The notes beneath the pieces were generated by a model that was not told the origin of the DNA, did not search any database, and saw only the letters and a program-made list of their open reading frames with translations. The translations under genes were made by a program, and so were the position numbers. DNA of 64,000 nucleotides from the human T2T-CHM13v2.0 reference genome, Homo sapiens, in NCBI RefSeq assembly GCF_009914755.1, contig NC_060928.1. One strand, given 5' to 3'. Of the stretch, positions 11,758 to 25,500 are shown piece after piece (position 1 is the first letter of the stretch; every line of letters starts with the position of its first letter).

Positions 11758-12355
11758 TGGCCTATTTGTCGCTCTAGATTTAAAAAAAAAGTTAGAAATA
11801 ATCCCTAAACATTGTTCCTGTGATTGCAACTAGATTTCCAAAACTTTTAAAGTTTTTATTTGATTATTATTATTATTTTTGTCCTTAGAGTTAAAACAAT
11901 ACCCTGAAGCAAGTGGCTTTTGGATCTTTTGGGAAAAATGCTTTAAGTTCAGCATAAAATTAATACAGGACTGGATTTCCTAATCACTCTAAATCTTGGT
12001 TTTTCTTTCCTTTTATCTTAACAATTTTTCACTTCTCATGTAGTCCATATTGCTGGGTATGACTAATTTTATTCAGTTTGTCTGTATATTTATGTTTAAT
12101 TTCAAAATTAGGTCCTTAGCTTCTCAAACACAGTAATTATTCCCTGTATATCTGTGTCCCCTGATAGTGCTAAAAAAGCTCTTTGAACACAGTAGGTTCC
12201 TCATTCACTGAGACATAGTCTCAGTGCTCATAAAATATTCACATAGTTCCCTATATTTTTCAACCACCATTGCAGTTGTATTGGGGCCATGTGACTGTTT
12301 CTGACCAATAGACAGGGAATGTTTGTCTGAGCTGAGACACTTAAGAGTGAGTGTG

Positions 12356-13118
<763 letters not shown>

Positions 13119-15082
13119 AAGAGTGAGTGTGTTGCTACTACTCTCCCTTACCCTGATGTGGCAGTGTTGGAAGCCAAATATTGAGATAATATATCACAAC
13201 ATGGAGTCTAGATGCCTGTGTGGAGGTGCACTGGGAGTTCCCATGATCCACCTCAGACTTTGTGTGAGTAAAAAATAAACTTTTGTTGCTTGAAACCACT
13301 GCGATTTTCAGGTCTATTTTTTTCCACAGCAAAACCTATTCCATCTTGAGACATTGCCCTTAAGCAGCTCACAGTCTGTGTGAAGTAAGCACATGTTTGA
13401 TTAATTTTGAGTAGGTGGCTGGGAGATAGAATGACCTCTGGACCTTGAGGTTCTTTATGGAATGAGAGTGCAATCCGATTAGTTCCTCTGAGTTTTGGAC
13501 TCTAACTATGTAGGAGTTGGAGGAAAAACAGCTTCACAGGGCCACAATTTCCTCATTTGTAAATGCAAGGATTGGCCATTTTTCCTGCTCTAATTCCAGC
13601 TCTGTTTATAAGCAGCTGTGAGAGTAAAGGAAACAGAGACCATAAGGACAGTCATATCTTTACAAAAAGAAGTACTTTTCTGTGATTTACTGGTTAGGCC
13701 CTCACAACACTACACTTGAAGTCGCAGATGGAGGCAGAAAGGGCCATTATCTTCTAACTCACACACAGATCTTTCAGTCTGTCTTCAGGAAAGCCACAAA
13801 AATTTGTTGCAACACGTTTATTACTATCAACAAGGATACCTTTTCTTTAGAAAGAGAATACTTATAACACTGTCAAACTCCCATTTAACCTTCCACACTG
13901 GATATTGCATCTTAGGACAATTAAAAAAATGTCTTTTCATCCTCTTACAAAAATGAAGTTAGTCACTACCTCCCACATGCTATCTCTACATTCTAGACAC
14001 ACTTCTATTATTTTATTTATTACATGGTATTTTATTATTGTTTTTTAAGTCGGTGTTTCTGCTCTACTGGATTGCACACTTCAGAAAAAAAAGGGTTTTC
14101 TTCATTATATCTCTAGGGTCTAACCCAGAGCCAGTACCCCATAACCACTTAATAAATGTTTCTTAAATAACTGATTGACAAGCAAGTGGATCTTTCGTTG
14201 TAACCTAATGCTTCAAGATAAACTGTACTTGGAAATGGATGAGACAGTGCTAGTACTCAAATCAACTTGCTGGTATCATAATCTCTCTCCCTCTCCACCT
14301 TTTCTCTTTTCAGAGATGGGCCATTCCAGGTGACTTGCTATGCAGTTACATTACAGAAATCATGTTTTAGCTTTAGCTTCTTAGCTTGTTTTGCAAGAGA
14401 ATTAGGAGGTATAATGCATTTGTGTTGCTAAAGAGCTTGACATCTGCTTAGGAAAGTCACTTTAGAATGCCTAAGTGCTAGTATCATAATATTTATTGAG
14501 AATTGATGAATAGAATTCCTAAAATAGTCTTGTTCATTGTGGTATCACTGAAGGCATGCTATACTAAATCCCATCTGTCTTGGATATAGGATTTCTAGAA
14601 GATGAATGAAAAGAGGAAATTGGTGGATTTTGGAGTGGATTGTATAAGAATGAACAATTTCTATAAAAGTCCCTTTTCTTAAAGTGACAAGTGTTAGGAA
14701 AATGCCTGTAGCTGTACCTACATGAGCTGGGTAATTACAAGTCTAAAAACAGTAAATCCCACATGTTGCCAGATGGAGAATATGAGAAGCACCTCAATTT
14801 TGAAGTCTGTCCTGGGATGGGGCAGAGGATATGCAAAGTCACTCCAGTCTCGAATCCGTAACGTTAGGTATGTTGTTTTTGGTCATATCCATTCTCTGCA
14901 GGAGGGGAGGCTTTATTCTTTCGTTGTGTGAAGTTTGACAGCCTTGGTACTTATGTCAGGCATTGGTAAAACAACTAAACCAAATATGTCTTCAATGATG
15001 AGAAAGGATTCAGTGGTCAGAGCAATTGCTCGCTAACGTGGGACAGTCATCTTCATTTGGGAGAACTTGGACAGTGACTCTC

Positions 15083-15295
15083 TGCTGTGGTTTGAATGTC
15101 CCTTCCAAGACTCATGTTGGAACTTGATCCCTGATGTGGCAGTATTGAGAAGTGGGACCTTTAATAGATGATTGAATCATGAGGGCTCTCGACCTTGGAC
15201 TTCTCAGCCTCCAGAACTTAAGAAATAAATTCATCTCCTTATAAGTTACCTGGTTTTAGGCATTCTTTTATAAGCAACAGAAAATGGACTATGAC
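15083..15295 (+). mobile_element. Internally deleted MST-type MaLR LTR
   Basis: tgctgtggtttgaatgtccc...cttggacttctcagcctccagaact...agcaacagaaaatggacta. Confidence 0.75.
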
Positions 15296-15881
15296 CCTCT
15301 GGAAGACAGTGAGAGGGAAAAATAATGCAACTTTATTGGTGAGGCTAAAAATTTCCTGAAGTATATATCAAACATTGAGTCTAAAACATTGCCTTTTCTC
15401 CTCCCAAAGAAGAAGGCAGTGCTGGACTTATGCTCTTCTCATTCCACTTCATTGCACTGCTGCTTGGTTACTCAGCTTTCTCTACAAAAGTCCTTTTCAT
15501 AGTCATTTAAATCTCTCATTTTATTTCTATAAAAATATATAGAGATTCTTGCCTAGTGCCCCCAAAAGTCCTGCCCTCTCTCAATTTTAAGTAATGAACA
15601 TTCCAAAATAGAGAAACTAGCCCAGTTTTTGCTCTAGGGGAGTAATCACAACTATCATTATCAACAAATACCTATAGACTACCCTTTCTGTGTCACATTA
15701 ATAGTAACAATTATTGAAAGCTTACTTAGAGGTGCTGACACTAGAAAAATTCAGGGAACTTTCAGAGTTACCATGTAGCAGAGGCAAGAACACAATCCAA
15801 GGCATATAAATTCAGCCAAGAACTATATTTAAATGACAGCTCAATAGCCATCCATATTTAGCACTTCTCTCAGAAAGTTAG

Positions 15882-18800
15882 TTTTTTTTTTTTTTTTTAA
15901 CTTTTAGTTTCAGGGGTACATGTGCAGGTTAGTTATATCGAAAAACTGCATGTTGTGGGGGTTTAGTGTACATATTATTTCATCACCCAGGTAATAAACG
16001 TAGTATCTAACAGGTAGTTTTCGATTCCTATCCTTCTCCCAACTTCTACCCTCAAGCAGTCCCAGTGTCTATTGCTCCGTTCTTTGTGTCCATGTGTACT
16101 CAGTGTTTAGCACTCACTTTTAAGTGAGAACGTGCAGTGTTTGGTTTCCTCTACCTGTGTTAGTTCACTTAGGATAATGGCCTCCATCCAGCTCCATTCA
16201 CGTTGCTGCAAAGGACATTATCTTGTTCTTTTTAATGGATGTGTAGTATTCCGTGGTGTATATGAACCACATTTTCTTTATTCAGTCGACTATTGACAGG
16301 CATTTAGGTTGATTTCATGTCTTTGCTGTTGTGAATAGAGCCACAATGAACATACACATGCATGTGTCTTTATGGCCGAACAATTCATATTCCTTTGGGT
16401 ATATAGCCAGTAATGGGATTGCTAAATCAAAGGATAGTTCTATTTTAAGTTCTTTGAGAAATTGCCAAGTTACTTTCTATGGTGGCTGGATTAATTTACA
16501 TTCCTTCCAATAGTGTATAAGTGTTCACTTTTCTCTGCAGCTTCACCAGCATCTGTTACTTTTTTGACTTTTTAATAATAGCCATTTTGACTGTCGTGAG
16601 ATGATATCTCATTGTGGTTTTGATATGCATTTCTCTAATGATTAGTGATGTTGAACATTTTTTCATATGCTTGTTGGCCACGTATATGTCATCTTTTGAA
16701 AAGTGTCTGTTCATGTCCTTTGCTGACTTTTTAATGAAGTTGTTTTTTGCTTGTTAATTTGTTTAAGTTCTTTGTAGATTCTGCATATTAGACCTTTGTC
16801 TGATGCATGGTTTGCAAATATTCTCTTCCATTCTGTGGGTTCTGCTTACTCTGCTGATGGTTTCTTTTGTTGTGCAGAAGCTCTTTTGTTTAATTAGGTC
16901 CCATTTGTCAATTTTTGTTTTGGTTGCAAATGCTTTTGGCATCTTTGTCATAATTTTTTTGCCAGGGCCTACGTCTAGAATGGTATTTTCTGGGTTTTCT
17001 TCCAGGGTTTTTGTAGTTTTGGGCTTTACATTTAAGTCTTTAATCTATCTTGAGTTTATTTTTGTCTATGGTGTAAGGAATGGAACCAGTTTTAATCTTG
17101 TGCGTATGGCTAGCCAATTATCCCGGCTCAATTTATTGAATAGAGAGTCCTTTTCCCATTGCTTCTTTTTGTTGACATTGTCAAAGATCAGATGGTTGTA
17201 GGTTTACAGCTTTATTTCTGGGCTCTCTCTTCTGTTCCATTGGTCTATGTGTCTGTTTTTGTGCCAGTACTATGCTGTTTGGGTTACTGCAGGCTTGTAG
17301 CATAGTTTGAGTCTGGGTAATGTCATGCCTCTCACTTTTTTCTTTTTGCTTTGTATTGCTTTGGCTATTTGGGCTCTTTTTTGGTTTCATATGATTTTTA
17401 AAATAGTTTTTCTAGTTATGTGAAGAATGTTATTTGTACTTTGATAGGAACAGCATCAAATCTGTAAATTGCTTTGGCAGTATGGCCATTTTAAGAATAT
17501 TGATTCTGCCTATCTATGAGCATGGAATGTTTTCCCATTTGTTTGTGTCATCTCTGATTTCGTTAAGCAGTGTTTTGTGATTTTCATTGTAGAGATCTTT
17601 CACTTTCTTGGTTAACTGTATTCCTAGGTATTTTATCTTTTTTTGTGGCTCTTGTGAATGGGATTGCATTCTTGATTTGACACTCAGCATGGATGTTATT
17701 GGTGTATAGAAATGTTACTGATTTCTGTACATTGATTTTATATCCAGAAACTTTGCTAAAGTTATTCATCAGATCTAGGAGTTTTGGGGCAGAGGCTATT
17801 GGGTTTTCCAGGTATAAAATCATATCATCTGCAAACAGAGATAGTTTGATTTCCTCTCTTTCTATTTGGATGCTCTTTATTTCTTTCTCTTGCCTGATTG
17901 CTCTGGCTAAGACTTCCAGTACTATGATGAATAGGAGTGTTGAGAGTGTGCATCCTTGTTCCAGTTCTCAAGGGGAGTACTTCCAGTTTTTGCCCATTCA
18001 GTATGATATAGGCTGTGGGCTTGTCATAGGTGGCTCTTATTACTTTGAGGTATCTATTCCTTCAATATCTATTAATGGTTTATTGAAGGTTTTTAACATA
18101 AAAGGATGCCAAATTTTATTGAAAGCATTTTCTGCATCTATTGAGATGATCATGTGGTTTTCATTTTTTGTTCTGTTTATATGATGAATCTCATTTATTA
18201 ATTTGCATATGTTGAACCAACCTTGTATCCCAGGGATAAAGCCTACTTGATTGTGGTGGATTAGCTTTTGGATGTGCTGCTGGATTCAGTTCGCTAGTAT
18301 TTTACATCTATGTTCATGAAGAATATTGGCCTAAAGTTTTATGCTTTTATTCTGTCTTTGCCAGGTTTTGGTATCAGGATGATGCTGGACTTACAGAATG
18401 AGTTAGAGAGGAATCCATTCTCCTTAATTTTTTGGAATAGTTTCAGTAGGAATGGTACCAGTCTTCTTTGTACCTCTGGTACAATTTGGTTGTGAATTCT
18501 TCTGGACTTGGGCTTTTTCTGGTTGGTAGGTTTTTTATTACTGATTTAATTTTGGAAGTCATTATTGGTCTGTTCAGTTTGAATTTCTTCCTGGTTCAGG
18601 CTTGGGAAGTTGTATGTTTCCAGTAATTTATCCATTTCTTCTGGGTTTTCTAGTTTGTGTGCATAGCAGTGTTCATAATAGTCTCTGAAGGTATTTTGTA
18701 TTTATATAAACGGGTCAGTGGTAATGTCCCCTTTGTCATTTCTGATTGTGTTTATTTGGATCTTCTCTCTTATTCTTCATCAATCTCGCTAGCAATCTTT

Positions 18801-20735
18801 CTTATTTATTCTTTTCAAGAGCCAACTTCTGGTTATGTTTACCTTTTATATGATTTTTCTGTCTCTATTTCCTTGAGATCAGCTCTGATTTTGGTTATTT
18901 CTTGTATTCTGCTAGCTTTGAGGTTGGTTTGCTCTTGTTTTTCTAGCTCTTCAAGGTGTGATGTTAGGTTATGAACTTCAGAACTTTCTAAATGTTTAAT
19001 GTGGGTGTTTAGTGCTATAAACTTTCTTCCTAACACTGTCTTAGCTGTGTCCTAGAGATTTTGGTATGTAGTGTCTTTGTTTTTATTAATTTCAAAGAAT
19101 TTCTTGATTTCTGCCATAATTTCATCGTTTACCCAGAAGTCATTCAAAAGCAGATTGTTTAATTTTCACATAATTGTATGGTTTTGAGCAATCTTCTTGG
19201 TATTGATTTATATTTTTATTGTGTGGTGGTCTAAGAGTGTGGTTGGTATGGTTTCATTTTTTTAAAAAATTTTTTGAGAATGTTTTATGGCCAATTATAA
19301 GATTAATTTTAGAGTATGTGCCATGTGCAGAGAAGAAGATATGTTTTTGGATATAGAGAGCTGTAGATGTTTATTGGATCCATTTGGTCGAGTATTGAGT
19401 TCAGGTCACCAACTGGCCACTCTGCCTTTTAACTGGGCATTTAGCCTGTTTACATTCAAGGTTAATATTGTTATGTGTGGATTTGATCCTGTTATGTTGT
19501 TAGCTGGTTGTTGTGCAGACTTTATAGTGTCAGTGGTCTATCTACTTAAGTGTGTTTTTATGGTGGCCTGTAATGGTCTTTTGTTTCCATATTTAATACT
19601 CTCTTAAAGACCTCTTGTAAGGCAGATCTGGTGGTAACAAATTCCCTCAGTTCTGGGATGAGCTCAGGCTTTATGTTCCCTCTTCAACTTGGGGGAAGCA
19701 GGGACAGGGACCTTGGCAGTAGCAATGGCAGAGGGCCTTTCACTTCTCTCTTGGGGCTCCACCCCAGAGAAATGCAGGGCCGCTACCAATCAGAGCATTC
19801 TGCCAAGGGTTGGGCAGCTGCACTTCGGGCCTAAGTTGGGGGTCCCTGCCTGGTGATGAGCAGAAGGGTGAGGGGAAGTTGACGAGTCCCTTTTCCTTAG
19901 GGAGACTGTGGCATGCTGGAAGTGTGAGTAAAGCACTCAGTGCCTTTGCTCCTTCCCAGTCTGAGGGCAGCAAGGGCAGTACCATTGTGGTGGCAGTGGC
20001 AGAGGGACTGTCAGTTGCTTCTGGGAGCTCAACCCCAGAGAAATGCAGATCTGCAGCCAATGGGAAGGTTCAGCCAGGGAGTGAGGCAGCTGCACTGTGG
20101 GGCTGAGTTGGCGGCTCTGCTTGGTGAAGAGCAGGGGGTCAGATTCACACAGGGAAGAGAGACTGGGCTCTTTCCCTTATGGTGACTGTGGTGTGCTGGA
20201 GGCACAAGTAAAGCCCTCAGGCTCTTTGTTCCTTCCCTAAGGGCAGCAAGGGCAGGACTGCTGCAGTGGCAATGGCATTGGCAGTGGCAGTGGCAGGGGG
20301 CTGTCAGTTGCCTCTGGAAACTCCATTCCAGGGAACCAGAGCCACCAGCAGTGGGAATGCTCAGTTGCTGGGGTGGGGCAGCTGCTCTGCAGTCTGATGA
20401 AGAGTAGTGGGTGAGGGCTCACAGGGAAGACAGACTGGGCTCCACTCTGTGTTATGGCTGCTGTGAGGCCTTTTGTCCCTTCCCCAGCCTGAGGGCAGTA
20501 AGGCTGGTACCACTGCAGCTGCAGTGGGAGTGGGTCTGTTGGTTGTCTCTGGAATTTCCTCCCCAGAGAAATGTAGAGCCATCACCAACTGAAGTGTTTA
20601 GGCGGGGGCAAGGTGGTTGTGCTAGGGGGCCAGATCTAGAGGCCTTGCCCAGTGAGGAGTAAGGGGGCCAGGACCCATGTGGAAAACTGGCCACTTTTCT
20701 GTGAGGCAGCTATGCTGTCCTGGGGCCCACATTAG
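15882..20735 (-). mobile_element. L1PA13-15-like element: ORF2 remnants, nearly all of ORF1 deleted, L1P4-type GC-rich 5' region
   Basis: Poly-T at 15882; ORF2 fragments ([28 protein letters not shown]); internal junctions near 19407 and 19650; degraded TSD TCAGAAAGTTAG (15870-15881) / TCAGAAAGACAG (20736-20747). Confidence 0.85.
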
Positions 20736-21860
20736 TCAGAAAGACAGGCTTCAGTGCTCCTCTGGTCAAAAGAAGAAAAATTTTTCCACCCAAAGGGAGA
20801 GTAGGAAGTATGACTGATGTGGGTGCAGATATAGTTTACATGATTGTGTGCAGAGTGTGTATGGGAAATGGTGAGTAGAAAAAAATTTTAATTGGATGTC
20901 ATTGACTTTATTTTCTCCGAAGCAGAAGTTGGAGTTTTCTGCTGTGAGTGGATGAAGGTGGTGGCTTGAGGAATGTGATTATTACTCAGAATAGTCTGTA
21001 GATTATCAGATGATGTGTCTTCAAATCATAACAAATGTAAATTGTAGGAAATTACAGAACTTAGTTTTATTCTCCATCACTATTATGATAATAAATCCTT
21101 CATCACTATTAGAGATGATAAAGCCTCTGTGTCCATGACTTCATCCGACAGCATGTACGCTTATGGAATAGCAGAGAACTGGCTGATATTGAGATGTCAT
21201 TTTTAAAGCAGTATTTCATGTTGTGTTGGACTGCGTGGGACCTAATATTACCTGCAGCTGGAGAAACTGGATGAAGACCTCCCCAGGCCTCAGTGAATTC
21301 TCATGAACTCTGAGAAGCCAGATGGAAGACAGGAGAGGCTGGCACTGTCGCCCCGCTGTGAGTGCCCCCTGTCATGCTGATTTCTCGGTCTCCTCAGTTG
21401 TCCCAGAAGAACTGGGCAGGGTACCCATTCTACACACTTCATAGAACTTTGGGGACAATCGAATCAGAAATGAAACAGTTTTGTTGTACTTTTTAATTTT
21501 GTGGGATTTTCTCTTTTGGAAAGATTCACATTGAGAAGACTCTTTTTATGTGGCTTATCTGTTCACAATGTTAGCAGTTTGTCTGCATTTTTATTCTGAA
21601 TTCAATTATTACCCCTTAGAAGCTTTTCATGTCATGTTAAAAAAAATGTATTCTCCTCTCCACAGCCATAAAAAAAGCAGAAGTAGATAATGTTATTCAG
21701 TAAGGAGTTGGTATCATTAGCTCAGCACATCAAAAATCCTCTGAATATAAAAGAATTTCTTCTGAAGTGATATAAAAATTAGAGTATTTAAGCAAAGAAT
21801 ACCATTGTCATAAGCATTTCACTCCAAAAGAATTCAAACCTTTAATTTCTCACTTTTTCG

Positions 21861-22299
21861 TTTTTTTTTTAAGCATAATTTCCATTTGATTTTTTTCCAG
21901 AGGATAGTTTTCTTCAATCTTTAAGGACTCACTCAGCTCCTTACATGGGCTTTAGTGGACATTGTGGGGTAGCAGTAGCAGCTCTAAATCTGGATGAGAA
22001 GGTGTTCAGTCCTGCTGGCTTCAGGAGATTCATTCCTGAATACCTTGCTGTAGCCACGCAGTGATGGAGCTCCTGACAGTTTGAGAAGCACATGGGCAGC
22101 AAAGATCCTTGATTTGGAAATGTCCCTGACAGTGGTGGCCTCTACTATGCCTTGAATAGAGAACTTAATGACCTTGTCCTTGGGCACACATTGAATGCAG
22201 TTTGTGCAGTGAAAAGGCTGCACGTGGCCGCAGCCCTTTTTGGCTCCATCATTGTTCCTTCTCTTCTTTGTCTTCTTGGAAGCGAGGACCCGAGAGAGG
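21861..22299 (-). pseudogene. RPS26: Processed pseudogene of ribosomal protein S26
   Basis: Minus-strand translation [38 protein letters not shown]...[11 protein letters not shown] matches RPS26. It is intronless, keeps the 5'UTR, 3'UTR and poly(A) (T run 21861-21870), has ATG mutated to AAG (22272-22274) and indels, and its stop is at 21941-21943. Confidence 0.95.
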
Positions 22300-24989
22300 C
22301 TCGCTTCTCTTTTTTCTGAAGTGCTAATCAGAGAAAGTTTAGTGTCAATACTTATAAAAGCACATTTTCCTTACTAAAGCAGCAGCATAGCCTTCTGGGT
22401 AGTAAGGCAAATTAAAATTTAGGAGGACTGGGTTCTTTCAAGCTCAACCTGACCTTGGCTATGCTGTTTACCCTCACCTGAGCCTCAAGTTCCCCATCTA
22501 TAAAGTTGGACTCATAATGTCATAATGATCTTGCATTTACACACTCCTTTGAGGATGATAAAGGGAAGGTGCTATATAAACCATGAAGGTTTTATTCTTT
22601 ATAGTTTTTAACTAAAAGTATTATTAACTGGGTTCAGAGCAGATCAATGAGGGATAGGAAGCAGGATTTTTAAAGAAAGGTTAAACTAAAATTTGTGCAG
22701 AAAGCAAATGTTTTTATATTAACTTACTTAATCCCATGAGCTTCCAATATGTGTTTGGAAATGTTTTTATAGGAAAGACCAAATGGCTCAAACTCATATG
22801 AAGAAATTTCACTTGAGAATCCTGACACTCAGCTTCAGAGGGAATTTTGCATTTGTCAAAAATATAGCCAAATTATATTTACTTCCCCTACATGCTCTAG
22901 TAAGATGTTAGATGGCCATGCTGTATGATCCCATATATATATGAAACATTCATTAGACATGAATTATCTCACTGCATGTCTGATTAGTAGAAGTCCCCAA
23001 GGAAGCATAAAATGGTGTATTTTTAGAACAGATACTAATTATCTTTATTTGGCACAATAACAGCCCTCTCTGATGTCCATAGATGTTGAGTCCCAGAACT
23101 AGACCAAAGGATGTTTCCAACAGTGCTAATGTTAACGAAACCAGCAAGAGTCCTATAATCTTTTGAGGCAACTATTGCTTCATATCTAAAATAGATTACT
23201 GTTTACATTAATAAAATTGACCTAAACTAAGTGTGATCAAGGTGTTGTTTGGAGGAGAACAGATGAACTGAAATAAAAAATATTTAATAAGACCTTATGG
23301 GTTATATGATTGTGAATTGCAAGCAGATGCTCCAACTTGCTCTCTACTCAACAGTTATGGGCAAGTAATAGCACTAGGTGCTGGGATGGTAGTAACTAAG
23401 CAAGCCTTCTGTATGTACAAAGAATTCTCTGAATCAAAGACAAAGGTAAATAAAAGAAGAAGAACAATAATAAAATACTAATTTGGGGATTAAATATTTT
23501 GCGGTAGTGGGACGACTCAGGCCTTTGAATGAGTAAAGTATGTGCAGAGAGGTACTGGCTAGAAGGATAAAGCAAATTATACACGAGAGGAAAAGAATGA
23601 AAGTGAACAGAAAAAGAGTTAAAATTCATTGTTTATGAAAGACTGACAGGACCATATTGAGGATTGTTGGAATGATTTGTATTACCTGGTGATGGAAAAA
23701 TGATTTTGAATATGTCTATTATGCATTCATATTTTCTACTAAAAACCTCTGGAATTTCCTTTCCAGCATTTTAAAGGAAAGGATGTAGAGATGTATTCTG
23801 TCATCAGAGGCTCCAAACATAAATGATGACTTGGCTTTAGGCATTAGGGAGTGGTGGAGACTGTGGTGAAGTGTCAGTTGCTAATTATATTAGAGAAAAC
23901 AGCATGGACTTTATGACCCCTTCAGTTCAAAGTTCTTGGATATAAGTAAATTTCTTTACACTGTTTTTCAGGGCAAAATTAAATTTGGCCTTCTTGACTA
24001 ATAGATCACTCTAGATAAGTTTATCTCACATAAACAAAGATATTTCAAAGCCTAAAAAAGTACAACTCATTCCCACAGTGGTATTTTCTATATGAGCATT
24101 TGGTGCCCTATTGCTGATTCCAGGCAGCATAAACTTTGTACAGCTGACATTTTCTGACTCAACTCCTGCTATAATTGAAATTACTTTATTAAACAAGCTT
24201 GAATCATTTCAATTACTTCGTGGCCTGGAGTGCTGTTGGCGTACATGATGACTACATGCTGATTAAATTAGAGCTCGTACACCCCAGAAAGATGTGCATA
24301 CCAGCAAATGGCTTTCTCTTTCTTCAGTATAAAAAAAAGCTCTCTCTAATTCATATTCACTGGATAGATCCCTTTGGGTTGTATATTAATATTCATAAGA
24401 TAAACCACATAGCTAAAGCAGAAAATTAAAGTCAAGTCTCTTAATAAAGAAGCAAAAGTAATGACTACAGTAAAATCTCCAAAAATGCCATTATCCCTGT
24501 GAAGAGTGAACACTACTACTGTACATGTGTTGAAACTGAGCAAGAGAACAATAAAAAGTGAATTATTGCAGTGATTTGGATTTTAAAATCCGCTAGAGAG
24601 GAATGAGCAAACATAAACACTTAGACTAGTAGAAAAGGATATCAGGATCAAATGGTTGTACAAAGCAACAACTTAAGAGTAGAGTTCACAGTTCTCCCTT
24701 TTCTGATAAGGGGATAGATTTGTGCTACAGGAGATAGCACTAAAATTATTTCACTTAAATAAACTATATACTTTTCTTTTGAATTCAGTACCGAATTCTG
24801 ATGATTGGGGGTAAATTAAATCAGAGCTGCCCAGTTAATTCCTTCTAGTTTATCTACTATGCTCTTACTCTTCTTTGGCCATTCTTATTAATGTCTTCTT
24901 GATGAGATTAGAAAATTACACCTGCATATACATAAGTGTTGAAGATACTTGCTTTAGAAGTGTCTTTGGAAATATTACTGCCCCATCTT

Positions 24990-25300
24990 GCTCCCTCCTT
25001 TCCTTCCTCCCACAGAAACACACTGAGTGCCCATTTTGTGCTGGAAGCTTTCTTAGGAGCTAGGGACCCAGTAATTGGCAAAACTCCTGCCCGCATGAAG
25101 TTTATATCCTAGTGGTAAACAACAATAAACATCTAAACTAATTAAAAATAATAATTTCTGGGAGTGAGAAGTGCTATGAGAAAAGCAAAGCTGATAAGGG
25201 TATGGAGGTGAATTTTTTTTGATGGGGGGTTGTGTTATTTTAGATAGGGATATCAGGAAGGGCCTCTTTCTAAGGAGATGACATTAGAGAACAGTTACAT
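24990..25300 (-). mobile_element. L2 3' fragment
   Basis: cactgagtgccc...gaagtttatatcctagtgg...aagtgctatgagaaaa...tcaggaagggcctc. Confidence 0.6.
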
Positions 25301-25319
25301 ATTAATACTATAACAGTAA

Positions 25320-25500
25320 TAATTTATTTTGGTATCATGCCTTATAGTTTATAGGGTACTTTAAAACAAAATATATCATTTAATCCTCATATCAATCTTG
25401 TGAGATCATAATTATGATCTCAATTTTCTAAATGACGCTAAGAAAGCTTAAGTGACTTGCCCCAAATTATATAGCTACTTTATGGCAGGACTTAGGTCCA
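25320..25500 (-). mobile_element. MIR
   Basis: tcatttaatcctcat...agaaagcttaagtgacttgccccaa. Confidence 0.65.

Noticed and set aside
14722-14931. 69-aa ORF with an internal AG|GTATGT donor
   Set aside because: No recognisable homology, weak acceptor and stops in the alternative frames
19690-20700. CRISPR-like or satellite array, and the overlapping ORFs there
   Set aside because: Long diverged monomers without unique spacers, contiguous with L1; eukaryotic context and no cas genes
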